DNA of 63,580 bases, counting the filler, from Choristocarpus tenellus KU-1152 (lineage: Eukaryota; Protista; Phaeophyceae), in NCBI GenBank assembly GCA_964200185.2. It is 7 parts of 7 records of this genome, joined end to end, with 100 filler letters (N's around TTAATTAATTAA, not from the genome) between each part and the next. Parts side by side here need not be neighbours in the genome. Positions count along the whole stretch, not along the records: positions 1 to 17,838 come from CAXNAD020000622.1; 6 more parts are not named here. One strand, written 5' to 3'. This document shows positions 1 to 13,100 of this stretch, piece by piece. The stretch's first letter is position 1. Each line of letters starts with the position of its first letter. The notes beneath the pieces were generated by a model that was not told the origin of the DNA, did not search any database, and saw only the letters and a list, made by a program, of their open reading frames with translations. A program made the translations under genes and the position numbers.

Positions 1-1157
1 GGGAGGTCAACGGGGGGGTTGCCATGCCAACATTCTGACCCTCGACATGCCCAGTTCTGGCCTCAAAATCACCCCAAAAGACCCCTACTTTAACAGCTTG
101 AACCACCTCGAGTTAGTACCTGATGATCCTCAACTCCCACCTTTTCTGGATGCTGAGATTGTCAACCCTATTTCCTTCATGCAGCACAAACTTATGGCAC
201 AGGGATAGTACATACATATGCATATATATATATATATAATATTTTATTACATTATACTATACTATATTGTGGCAGTACCGCAAATTTTACTGACTTGACT
301 TGGGTCCCTTGGATTTAAGAACATGTTTGATGGTCTGTTTGATTGGTCAATCAATATTCTTTCTTTGGGTTAGATTGCTGATTACTCAATTACTATGCAA
401 CCAGTCTTGTAAAGTTTGTGGATAGATTGTTGAGGTTTGGGTGATGTGAGGGGTGATGTGGGGAGGGGGGAACATGTTCTGATGACACTTTGTAATTTGG
501 GAAGCGGGGGCATAGTTGTGAGTGCAACTATTGATTTATTACTGTCTAGACTGTGTGCATGTCCTTGGAGCTGTTAGTATTACTTTTAAGACTGGTGCAA
601 GATGACCATTCTTCAAGGTTTACTTATCACTACCTTTAGCTGTCAGTTGCTAGCAAATCCTGTTCATTGATCAATCAAAACATTGCCCCCTTCCTTGTTC
701 TACCAACTCCTTTTGTGTGTTTTGATTACCATGTTGCTTCTGTGTCTCCATCCCTTTTTCTTCTCCCCTCCTTAAATTGTTATTAAATCATGTGATTTCA
801 ATGAAGTGTATGGACCATGTGTGATTTGCATCATGTTTTTTATCTCTCTGCCATCATGTTTGTTACTATGATCAATGACAATAGAAAAAAAAATAATAAT
901 AAAACTTGTGTTCATTTCTTCAGCATGTTCTTGAAGAAATAAGCAAATCATATACCACTTTTCTTCAAGAATAAAAAAACATGTACTACTTAATGGATGC
1001 TAGTGATGTGCCACATTATATTTATTTTACCACCTTTGCTTTTGTGTTATCTTTTGTCATTATAGACTCAGAAGCAGGTATAGGGTTAGGGCTCTTCCTA
1101 CCATTTCTCTTTATATTTGCTTATCTCTTTCTCTCTGTATATATACATATTGTGCAG

Positions 1158-4100
1158 ACAGTGGTGCCAGCCTCTGTTGAGAAGTTTGTTCGTGAATGTA
1201 CTGTGAGCTATGGAAAGGCCAAGCTTGTCCTGAAGCACAACAAACATTACATTGAGTCTCCCTACCCAAGGGTCCTTCGGGAGCTGCTCAAGAACCCCAC
1301 AGTGAGTGAGACAAGCCACACCTGCCTCACATGTAGACTAACAGGAGGGGGACTACACTAAGGGGAGTAATGGGCAGGAGGGGGGGAGGTAGACCAGACT
1401 TGTGACTAAAGGTGGACTTTGATATGGGTTAGTATAGAGGGGGAGGGGACTGGTGGTTGGTCTAGTGGAAGAGAAAATAAAATTTGAGTGTTTCTTTTTA
1501 CTTTTGTTTGGTATTAGTACTATGTTCATCAGTATGATTATGATTATTTTATTGTTGTTAGTAGTAGTAGGAAGTTGTTGCTAGCAGCAAGGAAGTAAAG
1601 CTGCTTCCTGTTGACTTCTTTCCATAGTGAGGCTCTGACATAGAGTATGAGTGACCATTCCTGTTGTGATGTGTTTGTTAGTATTTAGATATACACTAGG
1701 TACACATCGCCTACCCTTGTATAGGACTACTAAATAGGTGCTTTGCTTCTTTACTTGTCATGAGAATGGTATGGTTAAATGTTAGAGATAAGCTATATTA
1801 AGAGGTAAGTGATGTCAACGGTATCTTATCAAGGAAAGTATTTGTATTTTTATTTTATTAGTGATGTACAAGCTCTATAAGCCAGCCATTGCCTAATCTA
1901 ATGGATGACCTACCAATAGCAATTCGGTTTTTTCTTTGGGGGGGGAAGGGATTGTTTTGTGAATATTTTGTGAGGACAACAGTAGTCAGTACTATGTAGG
2001 ACTGTTAGCATGATATCTTGATTGCTTTTCTGTACATTCATACTATTTGTACATGTTTGCATTATTATTATTATTATATTTTTATTATTAGAATACAAAA
2101 TTGTTGCTTCCGAATGATCCATCTCTTGCTGTGTATTTGTCATCCAGTAACATATTGGGATTTGTAGTATTATTATTACTATTATATTCCTATCCCACCC
2201 CAACCCTCACCTCCTCTCCCTCCCCCTCCCCTGCCTCCCTAATGTACACCATTTAATTACACCATTCCAATGATTGTCCAGATCAGTGAGGCCCGTGTGA
2301 AGGAGGATGACGATGAGGAGCAGGGGGGTCTGGCCGAGGTAGATGAGAAAGGTGCTACTGCAGGGAGCGGTCGGGGAAAGGGGACAGGAACAGAGGGATT
2401 TGTAGTGACAGATGCCCCACAAGAAATGGATGCTAATATGGAGTACAAGGAGCTGGCCAAGGAAGGTGGGACCTGAAGATATGTTGATAGGGGAGGAAAA
2501 GGGATGTGGTGGGTTGTGACTATGGATTGGTGATTATTTTTGTGAGGAATGGGTGGTAGTTGAGGGAGTAGGGTAGGGAGGAATATATCTTGTGTTTTTT
2601 TCTTCTGTTGGCAGTGCTTTTTGTTCTGAATTTAATTCTCTTTCGTTGGAATTTTGGTTCTTTTTGTTCTGAAGTTTGAGAGTGCTTTGGGGAGGGATGG
2701 ATGCATAGTACATAGTACATCATACACACCACTAGGGTAAAGGTGTTTTGTGCCAAGTGCTAATTGGTCATTGTGTTCCCTTTCACATTTTGTCTGGAGC
2801 AGTCAAGAAGGTTATTTCTTAACACATTACAGTCCATACCTATCAATTTTCCATATCTCAAAGTAATTTATTTTCTTATGTTCTGCCTAACCCTAACCCT
2901 AGAAGTACCTTGGGTGCAAATAAAAAAGACTTACCATGTTGGCATAATTTGTTCTCTCAATGGCCAAACGATAATCTTCCCGTCCCACCAAGTTAACCCT
3001 AACCCTAACTTCCTAACTCACACACTCCAAAACATGAGGATGTAGTTTTTGTTTATTTGTAGTGACTTGCTTGTGACTTGAGAACACTTACGTGGGGCCT
3101 CCCAAGGTATACAAAAACCTGAGGTATACCCTTTTCTTGACAGAAACCAAATCAAACCACTTTTCGTTAGATGGACAAGGTCAAACGTTAGACACATGTC
3201 TCATGCCCTTTTCCAGGATGGTGTTAGGATGGTGTTCATTGCCTTTGAATCAAAAGGGCACACTCTTTAGGGAAAGAGTGGTTTGGCTTGATGACTCTTT
3301 TCATGTCGATTGAATTCTGGTGCCTTGCTATCATGCTCCTTGGTACTTGTGAACCTATCTGCACTATTTACTATTATTTTAACTTTCCATGTCTCATTTT
3401 GACATACTGTGCTAAGGTGCTCTACCTTCATTCTCAGGTGTTATGAAAGGGCCAATTGTTTGAAAATATGAGAATTCCAACTTTGAAAGATGGGCATCAC
3501 CCCAAATCCCAGATAATGTTATTTATGCCTTATTTATGCCTTATCTATCTCTTATTTATTCTACGGAAGATGATGGAGTATTTGATTTGACAGTGGATGA
3601 GGGTGAGAGGGGTGAGGCCACACGGTAATGGTCTTGTTTGTGGCAAGAAACACTCTCTTGTCACTGTGTTGGATTGTTGTCGTTTCGGGGTTTGTTAGTA
3701 AATTGAGAGGGCGATTTGTTGTATGAATTAATGTGCTCTGAAGTGACTATTGTACTCTGAAATGTGCGGTGTCTCGAATGATAATAATAACAATAAAAAT
3801 AATGATGATGATAACTATACTATTGTTCTTATTGTTAAACATTTGTACCTGGAGCTTTATTAGATAATGACCGGGTTAGTGGTTGGAAGGTAATTTTGGA
3901 GTTAAGATAAGGTTATTGATAGCGATACTTCTAGCTGGTTAGTGTTTACTGCATTGGGGTTAGGGTTAGGGTTAGGGTTAGCCCACGAGAAAGTGGTCAA
4001 ATTGATATCAAAAACAAATTATTGAGTGCACTTGGAGGATGAATCTTGATTGGGTTGGGATGGATTGGAAGGTCACCTGTTCGAGCATGTGAGAGGGTAT

Positions 4101-7100
4101 CTACCCCACTAGGAACATGGAAGGCATGTGTCCTCTAGAGAGGTGACCAGGAACTTCGAAAATCTTTCCTCTGGTTTGTTTTCAAAGTAGAGCAGGACTT
4201 CAATGTTTTCAATGTAATGACTTGCAGGGTCTGTGTGTCTGTAATACTGAGATATTAATATTATTATTGAAAAGTATGGTTTCATCTTTTTGATGCTTTT
4301 TGATGCGACAGGTGTAACAACTCCCACGTACACCTGTCAAAATATGCAAAATAACAGTACAGTGAAAACCATCCATCCATTCAACATGCACGGTATCCTT
4401 CAGGGTTAGGGATGTGCTATCTGCATCACACTTTGTTTTCAAGATGTTGCTAATATCTAATCTGACTGAAGAAGTAACAACATGCTGAGCTGCGCTGGTA
4501 AACCCCATAACTAAGAAGTGAGAACTTGACCAAGTAGTAAGAATATAACCAACTGAAGCACTCAATCAAAGGTGTGATGAGGATGTGCACTACACTAGCA
4601 CAACAAACAATCACTATAATAACAATCCTTGGCTGGCTCAAGAGTTAGTGTATATGTTTCCCAACTCCCTATCAATAAATAAATTAAATTGATAAATTGA
4701 TTGATTCACCTACTATCAATATCTTCTTTTTCAATTGCTGCCTTTTCTACACTCTCATGCATCTCATGCACCTTCCTGGTGGGATCCTATTAAGGGGAAG
4801 GGGAGGATGAAGACCCTGATGTGATATTTGGCACCCAACCAGGGTCTGTCCTTAAGAATGTTGCATTTCGAGTACGCAATAGGTACGTAGGTGGCTTGCT
4901 TCATTGTGATTGGTCAAGGTGTGGTGTGGTGGGTTTTGTGTTGGATTTCTTGTTGGTGTTGAAGTTAGTGTTGGATGAGCAGGGGAGGCAGGAGTGGGGG
5001 GGGGTCTATACCTGTGAGGTTATTATTAGGAAAATTGTATGCATTTGAAGGGGCTGTTTCTGTGGGCAGGGGTGAATGGGGTGCCTTACAGCCCTCCTGT
5101 TGCTTGAGTATTGTCAGGCTCTCTTCATTAAGGTAGTACTAGTTGGCAAAGTTCAAAGTTTACATGTAACTAGCCTCATCCTTGTATAATTCGTGGGTGC
5201 CATCTGACAAGATATGCCATGAATTTGACCCCTACTTTGTTTGGGGCATGCTCTTGATATGCTGGTATTGCTTATCTTGATGTTGAAGAATCTTGAGATG
5301 TTGAAGTGTGTATTGTATGGTACTGTATTCACCTCTAGGTAGTTCCTAGTGTTTAGTTTATCCTCAGGTGTAGAGAGTGCTAACGTTTATTAGTTGTCTT
5401 TTAGTAGAGTACAGTGCAGTACAGTACAGTACAGTTTATTATGACACGGCATGAACTTGGCACCTACCCTTCCATGAAGACATTCAATAATTCAGTTATT
5501 CAGTCATTCATTCTAGGGACATTGAGTGTCTTTTGGTGGCAGGTCACGAAATAATGTCTTTTTTGACAACATTAGTATATGTGATTGTGGATCGGACTGC
5601 TTGCAGTAACTGCCACGTGCATACATTAGTGTAAAGCATACACAGGTTTTCCCCTTAACTCTGGGCATTCAAAAATTATGAAACCATATGACATGACATG
5701 ACATGACATGACACAACACGACCTTTCTAGAAAGAACTGTTGACAGCATGTCGCAGTATGCTATATTCAGTTCATTTTTAATATATATATATATACCACC
5801 AGAGATTGACCTCATGTCTTAATAATGAGTAATTGACCCCCCCCCACCCCTCATACTTGATAACACCAGCAGCATCTCCAATTTCTCATAAATGTCAGCA
5901 GGCCATTGCTATAGGTCATCGCATATTGGAAACCCTATTTACGCACAAGGTCCTCACCCCTCTCTGACATCTAACGTTCTACTTGGTACTTTTGTGTGTA
6001 ACCTTTGTGTAACTGTCATTTCAGTCAGGTAGAGCATGTCAAAAAGGCAGCGACAGACATGGACTTCCCCCTCATGGAGGAGTACGACTTCCGGCACGAC
6101 ACCATCAACCCCTCCCTCAAGGTGTGTCTTCAGACTTTAGATAAAAACTGCTGATATTTGTTGTTTATTGTTCATTGTTTATTGTTCATTGTTCATTTTT
6201 CGTTGTTGAGGAACATTCATTAACTGTTAGTTGTCAACAAACAATAATTATCATGTTTTCATTGTTTCACACACTGTTTTTGTTGTAGTGCTGTCGTGCT
6301 GGCAGAAGGCGTTCATGTGTTTACTTTGCCCATGCCTTGTTGACTTTTGTCCTCTACTACTGTATACACCTGTCTGTCCATGCAATTTCAAATTCTGTGT
6401 TAATGTGTTAGAGAGTGTGCTGTAGTTCCTTTTTGTTTGCATGTTGTTTTAGAATGGCGTAAGGAGAATCAAGCCCAAACTGCGTCCTATTGGCTGAGTG
6501 TGACTTACAGGTTGTCCCATTTGTGGAAATGTTCCTGCTCATAGACACCTCTTTCACAATGTTTAGAATTGCAGTCTTGTGAATCGTGTACTCTTACTTA
6601 CATATATGTGAGAATGTTGCAGACTTTCATAAACCTCAGTCTGACTTCAGTTCCTATTTCATACTAAGACAGATCAGCAATAAACCAACAACACCCGTAT
6701 TTGTATTATTTTTTATCAACATTAACCTTTTCCGCTTAGAGTAACAAAAGGGTTAATGGGTGCGACCACTGCTCTTCCTGGTCCCAAACTAATCCTACAT
6801 TTCTCTGTTTCATATCACGGTGGATCTACATTGTTGCTTGTTGTGTCCTGTATTGGAGTACTAGCAGTTATCATAGTTCTGATTGTGTCTATGATATAGA
6901 TATTCTACTGTGCAGGGAAGTAGGGTGTTAACTGATACTACTATCTTGGTGGTAGTACCTGCCAAGTAGGTACCTCTCTTTTAACTTGTGGAAAATTGTT
7001 GCTTTTGAATTTGTTGCTGCATGTCAAACACTGAAAAGATTGATCTCAAGCCCAACACCAAGATCAGGGCATACCAGGAGAAGTCCCTGAGTAAGATGTT

Positions 7101-10100
7101 TGGGAATGGACGGGCACGTTCAGGTGATGGATACCATCCATGATATGTTCATCTGTGCAATGTTGATGATTCCGTTACAGATTGGCAACCAAGATGTATG
7201 CGTCAGGTTGAGGGGAAGGGGTGTGGGTGGGGAGGGTCGTGTACTTGTGTTTTGTATGGACATACGTCAACACATAACTTAAGAGAGAGAGAGAGAGCGC
7301 CCATAGGTTTTGTTTGGAGATGTCCTTGTCTTCAAGCAGTCCAGTGCCCCTGTTGCCCTCCCCTCTTTCCCAAGTTGTTCTTGTTTCAATTTCGACGGTC
7401 ATTTCCAAACCTATTGTAGTCCCTTGTGGTACATGGTGCAGGGATCATTGTACTCCCTTGTGGTGCAGGCAAGACCTTAACAGGTGTCACTGCGGCTTCC
7501 ACTATCAAGAAGAGCTGCCTAGTACTCTGTACTAGTGGTGTCAGTGTACTGCAATGGAAGTACCAGTTCCAGGTGGGTTTGCTTGTAGCGGTGTTGGTAC
7601 CTCTACTTCAATTGTATATGTAGTATAAAGAAAGGGTTAGGGTTAAGGTTAGGGTTAGACAGTGAAACCCTCCCTTATTCATTTGATGAGAGGTCTTTCC
7701 TGTGTAGGGATCTCACATCTAGACATTAATATCCAGTTGAGTGTTGTGTTGATACTTCTGAACATTTTGGAGTGAAAGAAAGGCACACAAAATGCTGTTG
7801 CCGATTAACTATTACCTATTATCTATTGTTGATTCCCTGCTACCATCTATTACCTGTTGTTGATTATGTGCTCTTTGTGTGTGTATTGGTGTGGACTGTG
7901 TGCTCAAGGTTGCTGGCTGGAAGACAGTGATATGAGAAGTAGGTTACTTTACTGCCTGGGATTCTTGTGCTGTCACAGGGGTAACCGGAATGTTACAGTT
8001 TAAGGTTGGTTTGAAAGGGTCAATCTTTTTACCTAACCACACTGAAGTATCTTGACTTCAAATAGCTCAAAGTAAATTACATGCTTTCCCCTAACTCTGA
8101 GAAACTTTGCTATTATGTTGCTATTCTCAAGAACTTGAGTCTCATTCACACTTTACACTTGACAGAGGTCTGTGTGGAGCTGTGGGGTGCACCAATATTT
8201 GCTCTGAGGGCATCCTGGGGTGATCAGTGCCTGTACTGAACAGTACAAAGTTCCCTGGTGTGTTGCTCCTATTTAATACTAAGAACAAAATTATTGTTTG
8301 CGCAGTGATTGAGAGTGACTAAGAACAAAATGACAAGGAGGTATTCTAGATTTTGGCTTAGTCATTTCGTATTCTAGATGTGTTTGGATTGTCTTCACCC
8401 CCCCTCCATCCCCCCACTACTAAACATACCCTGCCCCATCTGCATTGTGCTGTTGTGATGGTCAGTTATGGACAGACATTGCAGACAAGGACATTACATG
8501 CTTTACTTCTGACATCAAAGAGACCATCAATCAGGAGGTGATCCCTGTAGGCCGTGACAACCATGACAGGTTTTTAGACATGATAGTTTCCTTGAAGGGG
8601 ACAAAAGGCTGAGGAGTTGGGACTGAGGCATATACACTCAAGATAGATAGAACATGGCAGGTGGCACATGACAGACATGCCTTATTGGCTAGAAGTGGAT
8701 ATACATGACTCTACTCTAATCTGATGAAAATGGTATCATATCTATTATTATTTTTTCATATAGTTCATATTATTCATATAATTATGTGGGAGATTCATTG
8801 TACTCTTATGTGTGAATGTATTTTTTACCAATGTACCTACACAACCTAATTAGTTTAGTGAGAGTTGGAGAGCTTTTATTTTGTTTTTATTTATATTTTG
8901 ATCATGATCCCTGTCTCACAGCAATCATGCAATCTTGCCTTAACCCTGGTGTTTTGAGGAGTAGGCGTTCTTGTGATGTGTTGACCTCACTGTGATGGTG
9001 CTGCTTTTTTCTCAACCAAACCTCACTACCATGGTGTTGAGAATGGTGTTGAGAGAGGACGATTTGTATTGAACATGTTCAATTTCCTAGGCGTGGTCTG
9101 GTGCAAAAGCTCAAAACCCTTTTAGTTTTTTTTGTCATTCTTCTGCTTACTGCCATGTGTGGTCTCATGTCTCATACACTACCACATTGTTATTTTTTTG
9201 TATTGATGTTCTGGAAAGGGACAAATTCTATCATTGCGAAATGTTAAGGACCAAAACTCTCTAAGTGCTTCTCAACAATTGGTTCTTTGTTGCTCCTCGT
9301 GGTGGACTAGCCTATTGCGAGTTACCATGCACTTTGTTTAGCCTACTCCCCCAGCATTCTGATTTGGGTTATCGATTCCATTCCTATTCCAATCTCATGT
9401 CAGAACCTCTCGACAACAGAGTCCATAAAAAGCATTAAAAAAAAAGCGTTTGTTTTTTACCTTGATGTACGCCAATCACAGGCCAGCGTTCTTATTACAA
9501 CATACAGCATGATTAGCTTTGCTGGACAACGATCTGAGATTGCCAAGCAGATCATTGACTCTGTCACCAAGAGGGAGTGGGGATTCATGCTTCTTGATGA
9601 GGTGTCACCACGAGGGAGTAGGGAACACGGTAGATGTTGTTTTGAAGAGCCTTACTTCGTCAAACCAATTTTATTCAATATTTCCCCTTCTCTTCTTCTG
9701 GAATCAGCCCAAGCACATCTCTCTTTAGTCATTTTTAAGTGATTTGATAGTAAGAGAGAGGGTAGAAGGCCTATTTTATAATGGTAAAGCCTCAAAGGAG
9801 GTTGCACTAGAGAGTTAAGAGGGGTCCTTTGAACCTCTTTGTTACAGTTGTGATGAATCGCAGTAGTTTTGATTGTTTTGATTTGACCGGTTTGGGATTG
9901 TTTTTCCAACAAGCAAGGTAAGGTATGCAATGTGATTGAGGTATTGAGGTGTTCAAAATGTTACTCAAATACGCTTGTTTCACCGTTGTCTTTTCAGATA
10001 AGGGTTAGGGTTAGGCATGATTATTATACCATTATCTATTTGAGACCCCAATGTTCCAATACCTGTTCATCGGAAAGTGCTGATGCTGTTGTGGGCTACC

Positions 10101-13100
10101 CCTGAACTCTGGCAATACTAATGGTGTGCAGCAAATATCTTGGTGTATAAATTCTATGAATTTTCCGATCAATGATGACCATGCTATCAGTTCTTTTTTT
10201 TTAAACGAGTGTATACTGTACTATAAAAGTTTATCTCTTCAAGGCATTGCTTGTCTGAATAAACCCCACTGCTGTCCTGCATAGGTCAGGTGAAGAGGTG
10301 GCTGAGCAATACTATGCAGAAAAACGCAACTAACCCTAACCCCAACCCTAACCCTACCCATTCTGCCCACATTGGACAACTGCCTATGTATTCTGGGCTT
10401 AACCCTGCCCATTCCACTTGTGCTCCTCTCTGGATGGCTCACTTTAATTGGTGACAGGTGCATGTTGTTCCAGCAAAGATGTTCCGGAAGGTTCTAAGTG
10501 TGTGCAATGCCCACTGCAAATTGGGTCTCACAGCAACCCTGGTTCGAGAGGACGATCTAATCTCAGATCTCAATTTTCTCATTGGACCCAAGCTGTACGA
10601 GGCCAACTGGATGGATCTCACACAGGCATGTACCACTGCTCACAAAGTGCCCCACTCCCTCCAGCCCCCCCTTCCCTCCCCTCCCCTGACAAACTCACAA
10701 TCTTGACCCTCATTGTTAGGGTGACTATTAAGAATATGCTTTGAAGCAATGCTGGTGTAGTTATCTATGTAAGTATTTGAAGGGTGCACACTCTTTTGTT
10801 GTTGTGCCAAAAAGGGATGTAGCTCTTGGCGTGATTTGTCAGGGGATGTATATTTCACTGTATAAAATATTTGATCATATGCAATGATACCCTGACACTT
10901 CATGCAAGGCTGTGAACTGTCCTCTAAAACTACCTCATCAGGTGCTGAGGTCAAATCACCTGCCTGAGTAAACATGGCTAGCTGAAAGGTTTTGCATTAT
11001 GCCATTTTTTTGTATTTATTTATTTTATCGTACGATACTACATTAGTACCTGTTTATTTATTTGATCATATACCTCACTCAATCAGTCACAACAGTATAC
11101 CATACCCCCCTGATGATGTCCCAGATATGGACAGTCAGTCAGTCAGTCTAGGTACTGTCTGCCGTTTTCTCACCCCTTGCTTTGCCTGGGGATCGACTAC
11201 TACACTCTGTTCCTGGTGGCAGTGTTTGGAGTATGAATTTGTGTCAACAGAACTGTCAGTGCAGCCTGCAGCCTACAGCCTAGCATGTACCACCTGATGC
11301 TGTCCGTGGGGATGCTGTGGTACTGGGGAAGAGTCTGTTCATACTCTTTTGTTCTTTGAATGATAGTGCCACCAATGGTACAGGTGGATTAATCCCCACC
11401 AAGGGGCAGGGAAGTGCCAGCCACCCTAAGTTTTAGCGATTGGAGTTGATGGTAGAACCTAGGATGAGAAGGTAGTAGACGACTGAAAGTATCTTAGAGG
11501 ATACGATTTTTTCCCTGTTTGTCTATTTGGGGCTTGGCTTCCCACAGGGTTTTTTTACGTTTTCCTACTCCAAAATGTTTCAGAGTACGTAAAATGTGTG
11601 TCCGGGACAAGATGTTATGAAAAGGTGTGTCCGGGACAAGGATATTGACACTTCCTAACAAACACGATAACCAAAATTACATCAAAATCGCAACATCGGA
11701 TTTTGACCCCAAACGGACGTGGCTCTACCCTCTAAGATAACTTGACTCAGACTGGACATTGCAAATGTTCTGTGCAGCCCCCAAACTCTACATTCAATTC
11801 AGTTGAAGGAATTGCACACAGCCTTGAAGGGCATTGAACGCCATGTCATCTCCAACCATAGGTGTAGGACAAGATTCTTCACTCACAAATGTCACCTCCC
11901 CACTCAATGCATTAATATTAATACTAGGTGAAGTACACTGTATGTTCCCATCTTCAATTGCGCAAATCATTAGAAAGAGCTCTTCAACGTGCTATATGTT
12001 GCAGATGGTGTCCTTTAGTCTCTCTTTCCTACAATTGCACCATAGAGTAGTGTTGATAGTGTTGTTGTATGTGATGTACTCGACAAGCAACAGAAGGGTC
12101 TCACTGACAATTTGATGCAGGGGCAGCAACCAGCCGAAGAGAGGTACCCCTACGATTCAGTGTATACTACTACCATTGTATTTCTGACATCGCCCCCCTC
12201 CCCCCCTCTTTTCATCACTCTTTTTTGTGTGTATGTGTGTGTTGTGTTTCCAGAGTGGGTACCTTGCCAATGTTCAGTGTGTGGAGGCATGGTGTCCCAT
12301 GTCGGCAGAGTTTTGCTCTGAGTACCTCAAGGACGGTGTCAACTCCAGGCTAAAGCAACTGCTCTACGTAATGAACCCTAACAAGTTCAGGTGGATTGTA
12401 ACTGAAGTAGCAAGTCTGGATTGTGCTTTATTGCCTATTTGGCGTTGGGTTGTTGATTTGTTGATGTGTTTTGCATGTCTTGTGTTCATTCATTTTAGTA
12501 CTCTAGTAACAGAGGGCGCATGGATGTCTAGTACTCTACAGCTCTTCTATGCTTCAGTCCTCTGTTGACATGACTTTTGTTGGTTGCAGGAAGTTTGGTA
12601 TTCCGATGAATGTTAAAGGGTAGCTTGAACTTCCCCCTTCTTTAAGAGAGTGAGTGAAACATCACATGTGCAAGAAGGGGACTATCCGTGTATGGTACCC
12701 CCAAAGTACTTTGCCAGGGAGGTACTATACCAAACACACATGTTGTTGCAGTCTTCCCTATTATGCCTGAAAGCTATTATCTTGATCAACCTCCTTTGCA
12801 AGGCAAACCTGTATCAACATGATTAGTAGGGCAAATTTCAAATTGATTCAAGTCAAGTTTTACCTGGAAGAAAATGAAAATGAGGACCCAGCAAATTCCA
12901 TACTTGCTGGGAATGATCCTTGTGGTTGGCATACTATGTTCATCCTGGCACTGCTGAAATAGCCAGAGGCTTCCCCTTGGTGAGGGGGTGTCCTGTTGTA
13001 GGCAACAGTACTTGTGCAAGAGTTGTCATCATTGCTGCCAAGTCGTCATGTGATCCCCTTGCTGCATTTTATGTTCAACATACACAGGACCTGTGAGTAT

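Noticed and set aside
3-206. Open frame at the window start as an XPB exon or LINE piece
   Set aside because: No XPB similarity and no diagnostic retroelement motif.
5410-6196. Short tandem runs (CAGTA)n, (ATGAC)n and (TTGTTCA)n
   Set aside because: Ordinary intronic microsatellites with no spacer structure.
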